The notes under the pieces were generated by a model. The model ran no database searches and was not told the DNA's origin. It worked only from the letters and a program-made list of their open reading frames with translations. From the NCBI GenBank assembly GCA_001938485.1, contig MQRK01237347.1, positions 1-52,086 of the forward strand: a DNA stretch of 52,086 nt. The letters are read 5' to 3'. The first letter of the stretch is position 1; the number at the start of each line of letters is the position of its first letter. The translations under genes and the position numbers were made by a program. Source of the DNA: Girardia tigrina. Taxonomy: Eukaryota. This document shows, one piece after another, positions 25,870-38,081 of the stretch.

Positions 25870-26310
25870 CAATTGATAGTGGATAGACAAATCGCCATCT
25901 GAAATAGTGACCATTCACAATCAAATCGATCAAGGTCATTGGTTGTATTGTAAAAATAAAATCTATTTTGTTTTTCAAAAATGAGTTTTCTGTTTTATAG
26001 AAGGACTTTGATTCACAATTTAAGAAACCGTTCTGTGAATCATTATTGAAACAACAACCTATATTTTGACATTCAAAATGGACAAAGTAAATCCGTGTCA
26101 AATCCTTTAATCTTTAATTAAATTAAAAAAATCCATTATTATTCAATAACATCCTAAATAATTCAAATAAATAAAATAATTCCATGAAAACTTAATTTTT
26201 TTAAATAAGCTTTCAAACTATCCAATGTTAAATTATAATTGCAAGTGATGGAATACAAAATTCCAACATATGTACAATAATCAATTTATTAAAGAAGCTT
26301 TAACAATTTT
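25870..26310 (+). mobile_element. Penelope-like element 3' end, same family as 6560-7745, with a decayed hammerhead
   Basis: G*TNRHLK GIY-YIG remnant; nucleotide similarity to ~7260-7745; ATTG-CAAGTGA-T-GGAATACAAAATTCC-AACATATGTA-CAAT at 26238-26278. Confidence 0.75.
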
Positions 26311-26869
26311 TTTATATATCAAATTAGCGTGTACAAGACTCGATATTGTATTTATTGTATATTATCTTTACATACGTAAACTCTGTTCGTATACAAAGCA
26401 AACCAAATAAAACAATTTCTTCCATTCGAATAATCACAATAATAAATATTTTGAGAACAATTTCGAAATCTATATTTGCTACAACAATTGTGTACAAGTA
26501 AACAAAAGAAAATAGACAATTATCCTTCTACTAGCCCGATGTCTTTTTAAATAGATCAGATTAAGTTTTATTCGACTCCTGAAAATAAAAATAATGATGA
26601 ATATTTGATTAAAAAAAGAAAATAAGACCAAAGTAGATCCAGTATTTCATAACACCGAATGCGATTCTTTCCATGAATTCAACTTAAATCTGGACCACAA
26701 TTTTATGAAGTGTTTAACAATCTAAGGACCAAAATTCTGGTGATTTGTAGAGTAAATAATAAAAACAAATAATTATATAAATATGATATAAAAATGAATT
26801 TTGAAAATTTTCAATAATTATTATCATTCAAAAAATATAGAAATTGTAGATATTTTATAATATTCCTCG

Positions 26870-27180
26870 TGTGAGGAATATTTGGAATGTTTATCTCTGT
26901 GTGTTGTTTAAATGTTTAAATGTTGTGTGTTGATTTGGAATTGTGTCTCTCCTAATCAGACGGATGATTAATACTTTAATTATTATTATCGGAAACTAAT
27001 TTAGATTTACAACTCCAAATTTTAATTTATTATTATTTTAAATTTGTAAATATTTAAATCAAATTAGTATTTTTTAAATGTTGAATAGTAATTTTATTTT
27101 AACCAATAACATTTGTTACAAAATTTTTAAATAGAATTTATAGCTTCAAGTTAGTTCAGATTTTGGATGAGAAGTATTAA
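26870..27180. repeat. Solo terminal fragment of the long-TIR (Ginger-like) family
   Basis: Starts TGTGAGGAATATTTGGAATG; reverse complement of 17941-18282. Confidence 0.75.
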
Positions 27181-27882
27181 TTATTGATTAATAAATACAA
27201 GCGAAAGCTCATAACAACTAGAAACCAAATTTAAAAGACAAGTTTTGGTCTTCGAACAATGATTACAAGCTTTCTTCATTAGTTGGAGAAAATTTTTCAA
27301 TCAATACAGTTCAACCATATCTTACCATTTTTAACAAACCAAAAAGAAGTAACTCAAGTATATTTCATACTTTTTGTTGAACTTTTTAAACACTAATTTC
27401 TATTTGTAATATTTCGCCTTTTATAATTTTTATTAGTTTATTATTGACATTATACTGTTTGTAAATTAACTAATTTATATTATATATATATATATATATA
27501 TAAATTATAAGATTTTAATTTTTCAGTTTCATTAATCTTAGACTCCTCTATATTTATTTAACTGATATTCACAATTCATATAATAATTAGTTTACCAAAA
27601 TTTTATCATTTAAATACAATTTAGACAGATACATTATTAGTTTCTTTAAAAAATATTAATAAAATTTTTAAAATAATTATTTTTTGTTTAGATTGCATTA
27701 AGTTCAAAGTTTTTCATCGTTTGTATTTTATAATTAAATAAAAGAATTAAAATCAAGATCTTCAAATTTTTCTTCTTAATTTTCTGAGCTCTTTGTTGAA
27801 TTAAAATGGCTCTTTTTATTTCGAAAACAGTTTCAAATACCTTTCTCTCAAAACCTAATTAAGCTTAGCACATTTTTTAATC

Positions 27883-28370
27883 CCAAAGAAATCCATCTCA
27901 AGAGCAGATTAAAGATCACTAAGGCTATTATCTGGGAAACATTTCTCTAAGGATGCGAGAGTTGGACAATAAATCAGAAGAGCATGGATAGACTTAAAGC
28001 GTTTGAAATGAAGTGCCACAAGAGAATGCTGAAAATCACGTGCAAAAAAAAGAAGACAAACGACTTTGTCTGGAGGAGAGTGACAGAAATACTAGGTAAA
28101 AGGCTGAAATCAATAGAAAAGACCATCAAAAGAAGGATGCTGAAATTCTACGGACATCAAATAAGAAAACATGCACTATCAAAAGTTATGATTGATAGAA
28201 GGAGAAAGACCTAGACGAAGACCAAAGAGACAATGGATAGACGATTTAAAAGAATGGAGTAGATTGAGTATGGAATGCCTGAGAAAAGAAGCTGCAAATA
28301 GAGAGATGTCGCAAAGGCTTATTTATAACTGGGTGCGCCCACGGCCCAATGGCTAAGATCAAAAAGAAGA
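27883..28370 (+). mobile_element. 5'-truncated RTE (BovB-like) LINE 3' end
   Basis: RLKITKAIIWETFL*GCESWTINQKSMDRLKAFEMKCHKRMLKIT..TNDFV..IKRRMLKFYGH..RPKRQWIDDLKEW; short AAGA-rich tail. Confidence 0.88.
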
Positions 28371-29869
28371 CCTTATTATCTCTTATGATTCGGGTTTAGG
28401 ATTATCATATCTAGCTTATTTCAAATAATCATTTTAAAAGTTATTTAAATTCTAAAAATTTTCGTGTTGTTAAATAACAAGTTATTTTAAAATATTTGTT
28501 TAGCAATAATGCCTTCATTTTGAGAATAATATTTTACAATTATATTATTTGGATAAATGATCTAAACCCATTAACTGTTATACAATAGCTACAACTAAGA
28601 TATCTGGAAACATCAGTAGGAAGAAAAAAATTCCTTTGATGTTTTTAATGGCTACATAATAAACAAATGAATCATTTGAATACATCGTATTCCATTCTTG
28701 AACCTGAACCGATTTTGGATGGGGAAGCATCCCAATCCACCCCAATTTTCCTTCACGCCCATATCAAGATTACTCAGTACTCAAACAGCGGTGACTCACT
28801 TTACTGTTTATGAAGCATAAAAGCCGTGTCAAAGAGAAAATTAGAAATCTGAGTAGCATTAACAGTGCAAATATACGTAATAAAATAAAACATCATTAGT
28901 TTTGCATTTTTAATGAAAATTAAAACTCAAAAATAATTTCAGTCTCTTGAGGTCTCTGTTAATATTTCTTATTTGTTTTTGTGAAAAACGCATATTTATC
29001 TATTTTTCTTTTCTTTTGTATTTTTTTTCATTTAACAAAAATGCTAATTACAAAATTAATTGAAAAAAAAATCTAAAAAATGTTTGAGATTTATAAAATC
29101 ATTTTTCTAATGTGTTTTTTTGAGAAATAAAAAATAAAACTCTTTTTGCAAAAAAATCACTATTAGTCTTTTGATTGTATTTTACAAACATTTATCATTA
29201 CTTAAAAAGTTATTTTATTAAAACTGATTCCATAAGGATCAATGATTATGGTAAAATATCTGTAAAACGAAGGGGAAAGGATGTTTCTTGATTACAAATT
29301 TAGAAATGTGAAATCAGTCATGGATCAATTTGTGAAATAAAATGTCCATGGTCATCTTCATGGTTTAAATAAATTTAAGAAAAAGATAACTTAAGAAAGC
29401 TCACAAAGGACATTCTTGGAGCATTTGTTTTATGACGACGCAGACATGTCGTATATATTGACATATAAGGCGACTTTGTAAAAGATGAGAGTCAACATTC
29501 CGCCCATAAATTAATGCATTTTACGCTAACTGGATGGAAGAGATGTGTGGTAAACAATTGGTAGGTACAAATGTAAGTGAATTAGAAAACAGTCGGCATA
29601 AAAACATGTAAATGTTTTTCCTCTATGTTAGTATTTTAATAAATAACACTAAATATTCTATCAATAATGCATTTTAATTGAATATCTCGGCAATACAAAT
29701 GTTACTGAATTACCAATTTTGTACTTCATTTATTTAATTATGATTAATTACTTTCAATAGATTTTAATAAAGCTTATTGTACATTATTTGCATTATAAAT
29801 ACCAACTGGTCTACTTTTCTCTATATTAATTGAATTTTCCTATTGCGATAATATTAAAGTAATGGAACT

Positions 29870-30110
29870 ATTAAAACGAAAATGATGAAGCGAGTTAAAA
29901 GCGTTTGAAATAGCAAATGCCGCTGCTAGCAAGTTTGACACAACTGAGATAACACTGAAGAACTGGAGAAAATTGAAATATTTTAGGAAAGATGTCACTG
30001 AAAAAATATGTCGAGACCAGAAATTACTAGATGGCCGAGACGTGAATATTAAATCGCAGAATGGTTGCAGAAACCTTGACAAAATGGTTTTATCATCACT
30101 AGATAAATGA
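29870..30110 (+). mobile_element. Possible pogo/Tigger N-terminal HTH relic
   Basis: ANAAASKFDTTEITLKNWRK resembles the pogo 'NRAAARKFGVSExxVRxWRK' HTH; weak. Confidence 0.35.
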
Positions 30111-30119
30111 TACAGATAA

Positions 30120-30760
30120 ATTATAATCTTATTCATGGCACAACAGACTGAAATATTCTTAGATCTCATACCTGCCACAATATAACAAGCAGGTGTTCCT
30201 TTCAATGAGCGCCCAATCTTATTCCTCATTATCGCATTAAAACCCACTTCATCAATGAATATTATATTCTTCGGATCTGATTGAGTGATTATTTCATAAA
30301 AACTTTCTATATATCTTTGTCTTTGATCAAAAACCTCAGGATTAATTCTTCGTGTAGGTATAAGTGTCACTCTTTTTAAAGTGTATAAGTCTTTCATATA
30401 TATACCAATAGTTTTTTCACTTAAAGTTTTATTATATTTTTCGGTAATTTTTCGCTTTAATTCTTTTAAGGTGATGCTGCAGTCATCATCAAGACATGTC
30501 TTAATAATGGCTGCTTGCTCTGGCTTATTAAAAATATTTGCAATCGATTTAATAGATTTGCCTGAATCGTAAGCATCCACCATTAATTTTCTCATTTCGT
30601 TTGATATTGCCACTAAGGATGTCTAAAATGTAACAAAAAACTTTACTTTAATTTTGTAAAATAATTTTTATGCATATAAAATAGTTTTTATAATCTTTAT
30701 TTTAGAAATTGTATAACTTTTTTATTACGAAATGAAGGTTCCTCGATTACGAAATGATAG
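30120..30760 (-). mobile_element. IS630/Tc1-like transposase, 3'-truncated
   Basis: ORF from 30613: HTH MAISNEMRKLMVDAYDSGKSIKSIANIF, SITLKELK, YTLKRV, IIFIDEVGFN, RSKNISVCCAM. Similarity stops at ~30125; the rest of the ORF is read-through. Confidence 0.85.
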
Positions 30761-30766
30761 GTAAAA

Positions 30767-31250
30767 CCCTTTGAGAGCATATGCGCTGAAGTGGTCAAAA
30801 TAAAATTAAAAATATGGTGAAGATTTTCAAGTGACTTCTGAATGGCGCATTCTTTTCTTGGAAATGAAAAACCTGGTATTTCAAAAAAATCCTAAATTTG
30901 CCAAGAAAGTACCTGCAAATTTCGACCACAAAGTTACAGATTTCCATTGATTACATATTAATTTGAGGAAATACCATTCATTACCGTTACTAGATGAAAT
31001 GGACTCGGTGACTAGGAGAATCCCAATATAACCCATGAAAGACCTTGTATGGTGTAGATCATGGCTTCCTCCCTTTATTCGCTTGTATGCTTTGATAGCA
31101 GGTGCATCGAATAAATTTTTTTGGTATAGTATAAAATTACCAATGTAGTTATAAGTGTAGAGCCATACTATCGTTGGTGGTAAAGCATCAGAATGTGTCA
31201 TGGAGGCCGATAGTTAGACTGTGACTGAAGCAGGTGGTTGAAAATGATCG
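30767..31250 (-). mobile_element. Degraded piggyBac transposase C-terminal relic
   Basis: DAPAIKAYKRIKGGSHDLH...EWYFLKL resembles 'PxxxKxYNxxMGGVDLxD...KWY'; CCCTTT end-like sequence at 30767. Confidence 0.5.
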
Positions 31251-32075
31251 TTTAAAAACGCTGAAACTCTACCGAGTCAACAGGTGGAGTGGAATTTTGA
31301 ATAAATTTGCTCGGCTCAACAATAAATGAGCCTAGAACGAGAGGCACTTAGATCGATGGCAATTAACCTCCTTGCCGGGAAATCTCGTGAATGCACTGTG
31401 TTCAATTCACATTCGGGGGGCCCATATGGAAGTTAACCCCAAAAATTATATTTCAAAAAAATTCCTGAAAAATGAGAAATTGAAAAAGAAAATATCTAAT
31501 ATCGAATGTGAACTATTAAAAAAAAAGAACAAACAAAGCCAATCCAACGATTACGAAAACAAATCGAATTTCCACCAATAACAAACCTTTCGATAATCAA
31601 AATTTCTGATCAATTGAAAAATGGAACGAAAATATTCGTCAAAAACTCAAAATTTTGGAGAAGATTTATTTTTATTTTTTATATTTACCGCGTTAACTCA
31701 AATGGAATCACATGAAAGAATGCTAATTTATGAAGATCAAGCGATGATTCGAGTAATTCGTGCATGATTTGACGTAAGAGATAACATTTAAAAACCTCAA
31801 ACAAGAAACCGTTCTAATNNNNNNNNNNNNNNNNNNNNNNNNNNNNNNNNNNNNNNNNNNNNNNAGATCGATGAATGTGAAATGATAAATTAAAAACAAT
31901 TTTTATCGATTATATTTCATTTGTTTATTTATGTTTGTAAAGATTCGAGTTTTTTTTATATTTTGAAATTGTTTGAGAGTGAATTTGCCGCAATTAACTT
32001 TTGTTAGTTTGTTTATTCGAATTAAATAAAATATGGTTTTCCTGCGCGAATTTTGATTTTTGCTTAATGTAAAAA

Positions 32076-32494
32076 ATGAATATGGAAGATTTGGCCGCAA
32101 ACGACCTAAAACAATTAATTATGATGAATATTTGGAGTCGGTTAAACGATGTGGCTTTGAATGTTTTGCGATGTGAAGATGTATCGAAATCNCAATGGAA
32201 TTCCAGTTTTAGTGATGTGTATGAAGTGTGTTTCGCAAAGAAAGATGGAACTGAAGTTTATGCCGAATCTTTATATTTGGACTCATTTACTTTAATCGAA
32301 AAATTTATCGATGAAATTCAAAAGCAATTGATTATGGTCGATATAATGATTTTCTACCGGCATATGTGAAGAGATGGGAAATTCTATACAAAGGCCTGGA
32401 ATATTTGCATAGTTTGTATATTTACGTCAAAAACCGAAGACCAACCGAATCTGACATTTGCTATTCACAAACCGTACAATCACAGACCAGTGAG
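32076..32494 (+). pseudogene. cul-2: Cullin-2 N-terminal fragment (frameshifted) inside a dystrobrevin intron
   Basis: WSRLNDVALNVLRCEDVSKxQWNSSFSDVYEVC...AESLY...IEKFIDEIQKQL / AYVKRWEILYKGLEYLHSLYIYVKNRRPTESDICY aligns to CUL2 '[69 protein letters not shown]'. Frameshift near 32328; possible GT donor at 32495. Confidence 0.85.
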
Positions 32495-32884
32495 GTTATT
32501 GTTTTGAGCCCCCCGCGTCCCGCGACCCACCCACCATCGCCAACCCGCCGCGGCCACAATGCCGCGCTCGCTCTCGCATCGCCCACAGTTAAAATACTAT
32601 TTGCGTTTGATCACAATTTATTTTATTAATTCATTTTCCACAGTGCGTTATAATTTCAATATATTTATTCAGTGTCACGCTTGTTTTTACAACATAAAAA
32701 TCTTAAATAAATTTAACATGTTCTGAATAGATTGCAGCTTGAAGTGAAATGTTGTGAATTAATAAACAAATTATTCAAGTGATGTTTTTTCAAGTTCCGT
32801 TTGTTGCAAGATGTTATATGGGTGAATAAAGTGTGAAAATTCCTTTGAGATTTGGAGCGGTGCCGACAAAATCTTATATAAATA

Positions 32885-34118
32885 CAGGGTGCGGAAGATA
32901 TTTGAGAACAAAATGAAATAAAGTTCAAAAAATGAATATACAACAGAAAAATAACATTTATTACAATTTAAAATTTTACATATATTAACACGTACATAAA
33001 GGACTACATCATTCAATNNNNNNNNNNNNNNNNNNNNNNNNNNNNNNNNNNNNNNNNNNNNNNNNNNNNNNNNNNNNNNNNNNNNNNNNNNNNNNNNNNN
33101 NNNNNNNNNNNNNNNNNNNNNNNNNNNNNNNNNNNNNNNNNNNNNNNNNNNNNNNNNNNNNNNNNNNNNNNNNNNNNNNNNNNNNNNNNNNNNNNNNNNN
33201 NNNNNNNNNNNNNNNNNNNNNNNNNNNNNNNNNNNNNNNNNNNNNNNNNNNNNNNNNNNNNNNNNNNNNNNNNNNNNNNNNNNNNNNNNNNNNNNNNNNN
33301 NNNNNNNNNNNNNNNNNNNNNNNNNNNNNNNNNNNNNNNNNNNNNNNNNNNNNNNNNNNNNNNNNNNNNNNNNNNNNNNNNNNNNNNNNNNNNNNNNNNN
33401 NNNNNNNNNNNNNNNNNNNNNNNNNNNNNNNNNNNNNNNNNNNNNNNNNNNNNNNNNNNNNNNNNNNNNNNNNNNNNNNNNNNNNNNNNNNNNNNNNNNN
33501 NNNNNNNNNNNNNNNNNNNNNNNNNNNNNNNNNNNNNNNNNNNNNNNNNNNNNNNNNNNNNNNNNNNNNNNNNNNNNNNNNNNNNNNNNNNNNNNNNNNN
33601 NNNNNNNNNNNNNNNNNNNNNNNNNNNNNNNNNNNNNNNNNNNNNNNNNNNNNNNNNNNNNNNNNNNNNNNNNNNNNNNNNNNNNNNNNNNNNNNNNNNN
33701 NNNNNNNNNNNNNNNNNNNNNNNNNNNNNNNNNNNNNNNNNNNNNNNNNNNNNNNNNNNNNNNNNNNNNNNNNNNNNNNNNNNNNNNNNNNNNNNNNNNN
33801 NNNNNNNNNNNNNNNNNNNNNNNNNNNNNNNNNNNNNNNNNNNNNNNNNNNNNNNNNNNNNNNNNNNNNNNNNNNNNNNNNNNNNNNNNNNNNNNNNNNN
33901 NNNNNNNNNNNNNNNNNNNNNNNNNNNNNNNNNNNNNNNNNNNNNNNNNNNNNNNNNNNNNNNNNNNNNNNNNNNNNNNNNNNNNNNNNNNNNNNNNNNN
34001 NNNNNNNNGTAAGAGTAGCTTCTGCCATGTCTACCAGCAAAAATAAAATTATGTAATTATAACACACAAAAAGATATGGTGTCTATATTACGTGTTCTCA
34101 AATAGCTGCCGCACCCTG
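32885..34118 (-). mobile_element. Tc1/mariner element spanning the assembly gap 33018-34008
   Basis: TIRs CAGGGTGCGGAAGATATTTGAGAAC and CAGGGTGCGGCAGCTATTTGAGAAC, both flanked by TA. Interior is mostly N; minus-strand MAEATL at ~34029 may be the transposase start. Confidence 0.85.
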
Positions 34119-34458
34119 TATCATAGATGTTTTTCAAATGAAATTACTTGTACGAATTATTTTATAAAAGCAGTTCAATCACGTTGAGCGATTTATAAGA
34201 CGTTTGAAATTTTGAAGGAGTTCAGTTTATTTTCACACTAAAAATGAATACTTAAAATTCGAAACATCTTTGTTTAATAAATGTATAAAAAATACATTGT
34301 ATGGTGTTCCTTAATTTTAATAATTAATTGATATGCAATAAAAATGACTTCTTGATCCACATTTGTCACAACATTTAATATTGATAGTGTATTAAAAAAA
34401 GTAAAATTAAGAATTTTTAAAAAAAAATTTTAAGTAAATAGAGAAAGTTTGTAAAATA

Positions 34459-34790
34459 TTCGGTTGCCTGGAAAGTTTGTGCCAATTTTTAATAAAAATT
34501 CAGAAGCAAAATTTTTATGTATAGACATGTATTTTATCAACAATGTATACATCATGTTTTCCACAATCTTTCGCCATGGTGCTTGAACTGGGAAATTCCA
34601 TCCTTCTAAAACTTATCTGGTTTCTCGGTGAAAAATCTTTCAAGATGAGTTTTCAGGACATCCTGAAAGGTTTCGCATCGTCTTGATTCAACACAACACC
34701 ATTCTTGTTCCCTAAATCTGGAAGTTTTTCCGTGATTGCTGTTTTAATTCATCTAGTTTGGAATCAGTACTTGACTGAATTATTAGTCTG
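34459..34790 (-). mobile_element. Mariner 3'-end remnant
   Basis: TA|TTCGGTTGCCTGGAAAG end; minus-strand KTHLERFFTEKPDKF*KDGI (cf. KNHLxQFFAxKxxKFYEDGI). Confidence 0.65.
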
Positions 34791-35835
34791 GTTGTGAAAA
34801 TAAATAAGTGTAAATAGTTGTTTAAATAAATTTTATTTTTCCATAAGATTAAAATTTTTGTGCAATGAATTTTATGTATTTTAAATTTTTAATTTGAGTT
34901 TTGAAAAGTTAATAGAAATAAAAGTTCGACTCACTAAATTAGATCTTCATTTAATTGATTTTTTGGTTGAAGGAAATCTCAAAATTTAATCATTTAAACA
35001 GTTTGTTTGTTCTTTATCCTTCCTAAAATCTTATAGTAATGACTCTAATTTGCAAACTCGTTAAGTGAAAATTATTATTATTACAAATTTTCGGAAATTG
35101 TACCAGTGATGTTTTTAAATGAATTTTATTACTTATTTTCATCTTTATTGTTTCAATTAGAAATAGCATTTTATAATATTTGCCTTTTGTAATGTAACAA
35201 AAGTAAGATGTCATTATATGAACTTGAGAACATTCGTTATTTAAGAAAATTTTCTTATTATTCATAACATTTTATAAAAATAATAAAGTAGCAAACGAAA
35301 TAATCTGTCTCTATCCGGATCCGTTAAAACATTTACATTGTGCCTCACGCGTGGCTCAGTATAACTTACGGTATCCATTTCGCAACAATCTCCAGCTCGT
35401 ACGTCGAGCAAAATAAATGCAGGTCCGTGACCGGCATTATACTGACATAGAAACTTGTTGATTCAATCATTTTTGTAGCACCGAAGCCAGTCCATCGAAT
35501 CTCCATCGGGATCTCGGTTTCAGTGTTTATCAAAACTTATATACCGCCTATAGAGAATATTGTAGAAGCTTATTGAAACAAGCGTGACACTGAATAAATC
35601 AGAGACTTATTAATAAAATTGTGATTAAACCTAAATCAAATATTTTTAAGTGTAAATATTTTTAATTTGTAAAAAATTTCTCGTGTTAAATTCCTTTTCA
35701 AAAAAGAATGTTTTCTTTAATATTAATATGGTAAATTATTTTTTAATAAGATTTATTTTAAATATTTAATTTTCTCACTTTGTACCACTGTTAAGATCAC
35801 AATTACAATTACTATGCAAACCTTTATTATTATTA

Positions 35836-36504
35836 CAGTGAAAGCCGCTTAATAGGACCACTGGTTAATAGGACCACTGGTTAATAGGACCAGCCGCTTA
35901 ATATGACCAGTAAAAGTTGGTTAATGGGACCACTCATAAAACTGTTTGACCCTTCAAACAACATGAAAGTCATGAAAAACGTGTTTTTAGCGTATGTCAT
36001 ACACCCACCCCAATCAACATACACATACACACGGAACAAAGAAGCAGGTCTTGGCTGAATTTGTATTTACTGAATTTGTATGATTGAAAAGCCAAAATTA
36101 TACACATTGTAAACCAAAAGTTTAAACCGTAAAATCCAGTACAGTACAGTATTACAAGTGTGAATACCTAAAGGCTGAATGCAACCATGACAACTGTCAT
36201 TCATTTTAAAATACAGTAAAGTAGTACAGAACTGTATCGCCCAATACTGTACATAGTTAAAGCGTTTAACGTACTGTTTATACGAAGAGTGTGTACTTCA
36301 GAGCTCTCAAACTGTTTAGACCATCGCAATCGATTGGCAGACAGTTTTAAACCGATGGCGACATTTAAAAACGCGCAAAATGTTATAGCAACTCGAAAAG
36401 TGTACTTTGTCAAAAAATAACACCACTTCGCTTAATGGGACCAGTCGGTTAATATGACCAGTTGGACTTGGGACAAATGTGGTCCTATTAAGCGGCTTAC
36501 ACTG
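35836..36504. mobile_element. pogo/Tigger-type MITE, 669 bp
   Basis: 26-bp TIRs CAGTG(A/T)AAGCCGCTTAATAGGACCAC; TA TSD; multiple subterminal TTAAT(A/G)(G/T)GACCA repeats at both ends. Confidence 0.92.
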
Positions 36505-36829
36505 TATTACATTTAGTATCCCCACAACTATCGGAAATTCTTTCATCATTTGTCATCGTTTTAATTAGTGTTGTTTCTGAATTTTTAATAATGATTATTC
36601 GAACCTATTTCCTAACATTTTTTATTCTTTTAACTTTGAAATATTTCATAAAATTATAAAAAAAATAATAAAACAAATTTTAAAATTATACAAACCTCTA
36701 AATTATTTTTTTTAATTTTGATTTTATCAATGTGAGTAGGAATAGTTACGTAATAAATATTGCTTGTTACTACCTGAAATAACTAAGATTACTTACGTAA
36801 TAATTATTGTGTGATTGCTGATAACGGTG

Positions 36830-37400
36830 TGATATTAACGAACAATTATCTGAGTTGGTTGATCGTGCTGAAGCCGTTGCTTAGCTCCACTAGAATTACG
36901 AAAGAAAATCCTCTTCTTATGTTCTGTAATAATTCGCTTCCACAAACAGCTGTCTTTGGGGTTATTGAGTAGTTCGTGGCAAAGATCAATTTGACGCTGG
37001 GTTTGAATTTTTGTCAATTTTGGGGGAACTGGGAGTGGATTTTTGTTTACAAAACCCAAGTTATTCAGATGATGAACAATGGTTCTTTGAGAATAACCAA
37101 GCACTCTGAACAGCCTGCTGGTGCTAGTACAGGGCTGCTGCTCCACCAGGCCACGAAACTCTTCTTTGTTCACCACTGATGGTCGACCTAAACTTTCCTG
37201 ATCTTCGAGACTGGTATCTCTCTAATGAAAACAATGAAACCACCACTGAGTTTTGTTTTCCTTGACCATATCCTTGCCTTCCAGGTTGCAGGTTTCTTGA
37301 GTCATGGATGCTATCCGACCTTTTTTTCCAATAATGTAGTAATAAGACACAAATTACTGTTTTTCTTCAATTATTCTATAATGTAAAAAATAAGGCAATG
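36830..37400 (-). mobile_element. Degraded mariner transposase N-terminal half
   Basis: LVEQQPCTSTSRL..SQRTIVHHLNNLGFVNK..VPPKLT..LWKRIITEHKKRIFFRN (cf. WVPHEL, RIVTGDEKW). Confidence 0.8.
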
Positions 37401-37873
37401 AAGTAAAAAGGTTTAACTTCTAAGGTGAAGTCTGATTCACCTTTTTATGGGCTACATACCAAATGTTCCATATAAATTTTGGAATTAAAAGATCTGGTAA
37501 AACAAAAACTTTAATTCACTAAAAAACATGACTCAGCCTGGTAACCTCATCGAATTAAAAAAATAAAATGGTAAAAAGTTCTGTTACAGTTACATGTTGT
37601 TGGACATTAATTGAGTTGAGGACCACTTTATAAAAAACGTAATAAAAATTCATTAAATATTTTCTATTATAGAAGTGGTTTGAATATAATGGATATCTTG
37701 TTGAAATGTATGGGGAAAATTTTAATATACTTCTATTTTAAAAGATTTTGTATTATTTTTTCAGTTGTTAAAGATGATTTATTATGGAAATAAGGAAAAT
37801 ACACAGAATGATAATACATTGAATTAAAAGTATATTATAATCAATTAAATTTTGGGGTTAAATAAAAATTTTA

Positions 37874-37920
37874 TTAGGTTATGGTTAGGGTTAGGGTTAG
37901 GGTTAGGGTTAATGTTAGGA
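37874..37920 (+). repeat. Interstitial telomere-type repeat (TTAGGG)4 with degenerate flanks
   Basis: Four perfect TTAGGG units at 37885-37908. Confidence 0.85.
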
Positions 37921-38081
37921 TTTAATTTATCTTCTTTCTACTCTTTTAATGGTTATTAATTCTCTCGTCAACTGTATTCTTATTTCGTGGAAGAATTCCT
38001 TTTCAAAAAGATTCATCATTACCTCATCAAAGGATTTTTTTATTTTTATAACTTATTGCTTTTCATTTCGATACTCTAATA

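Noticed and set aside
28620-28790. Moderately GC-rich stretch as a possible missing dystrobrevin exon
   Set aside because: No acceptor giving an open, phase-compatible frame and no recognisable similarity.
33009-34067. 352-aa ORF in the track
   Set aside because: Almost entirely X from an N gap inside a Tc1/mariner element.
35845-35935. Regularly spaced TTAATAGGACCA repeats, superficially CRISPR-like
   Set aside because: No unique spacers and no cas genes; these are subterminal repeats of a pogo-type MITE in a eukaryotic genome.
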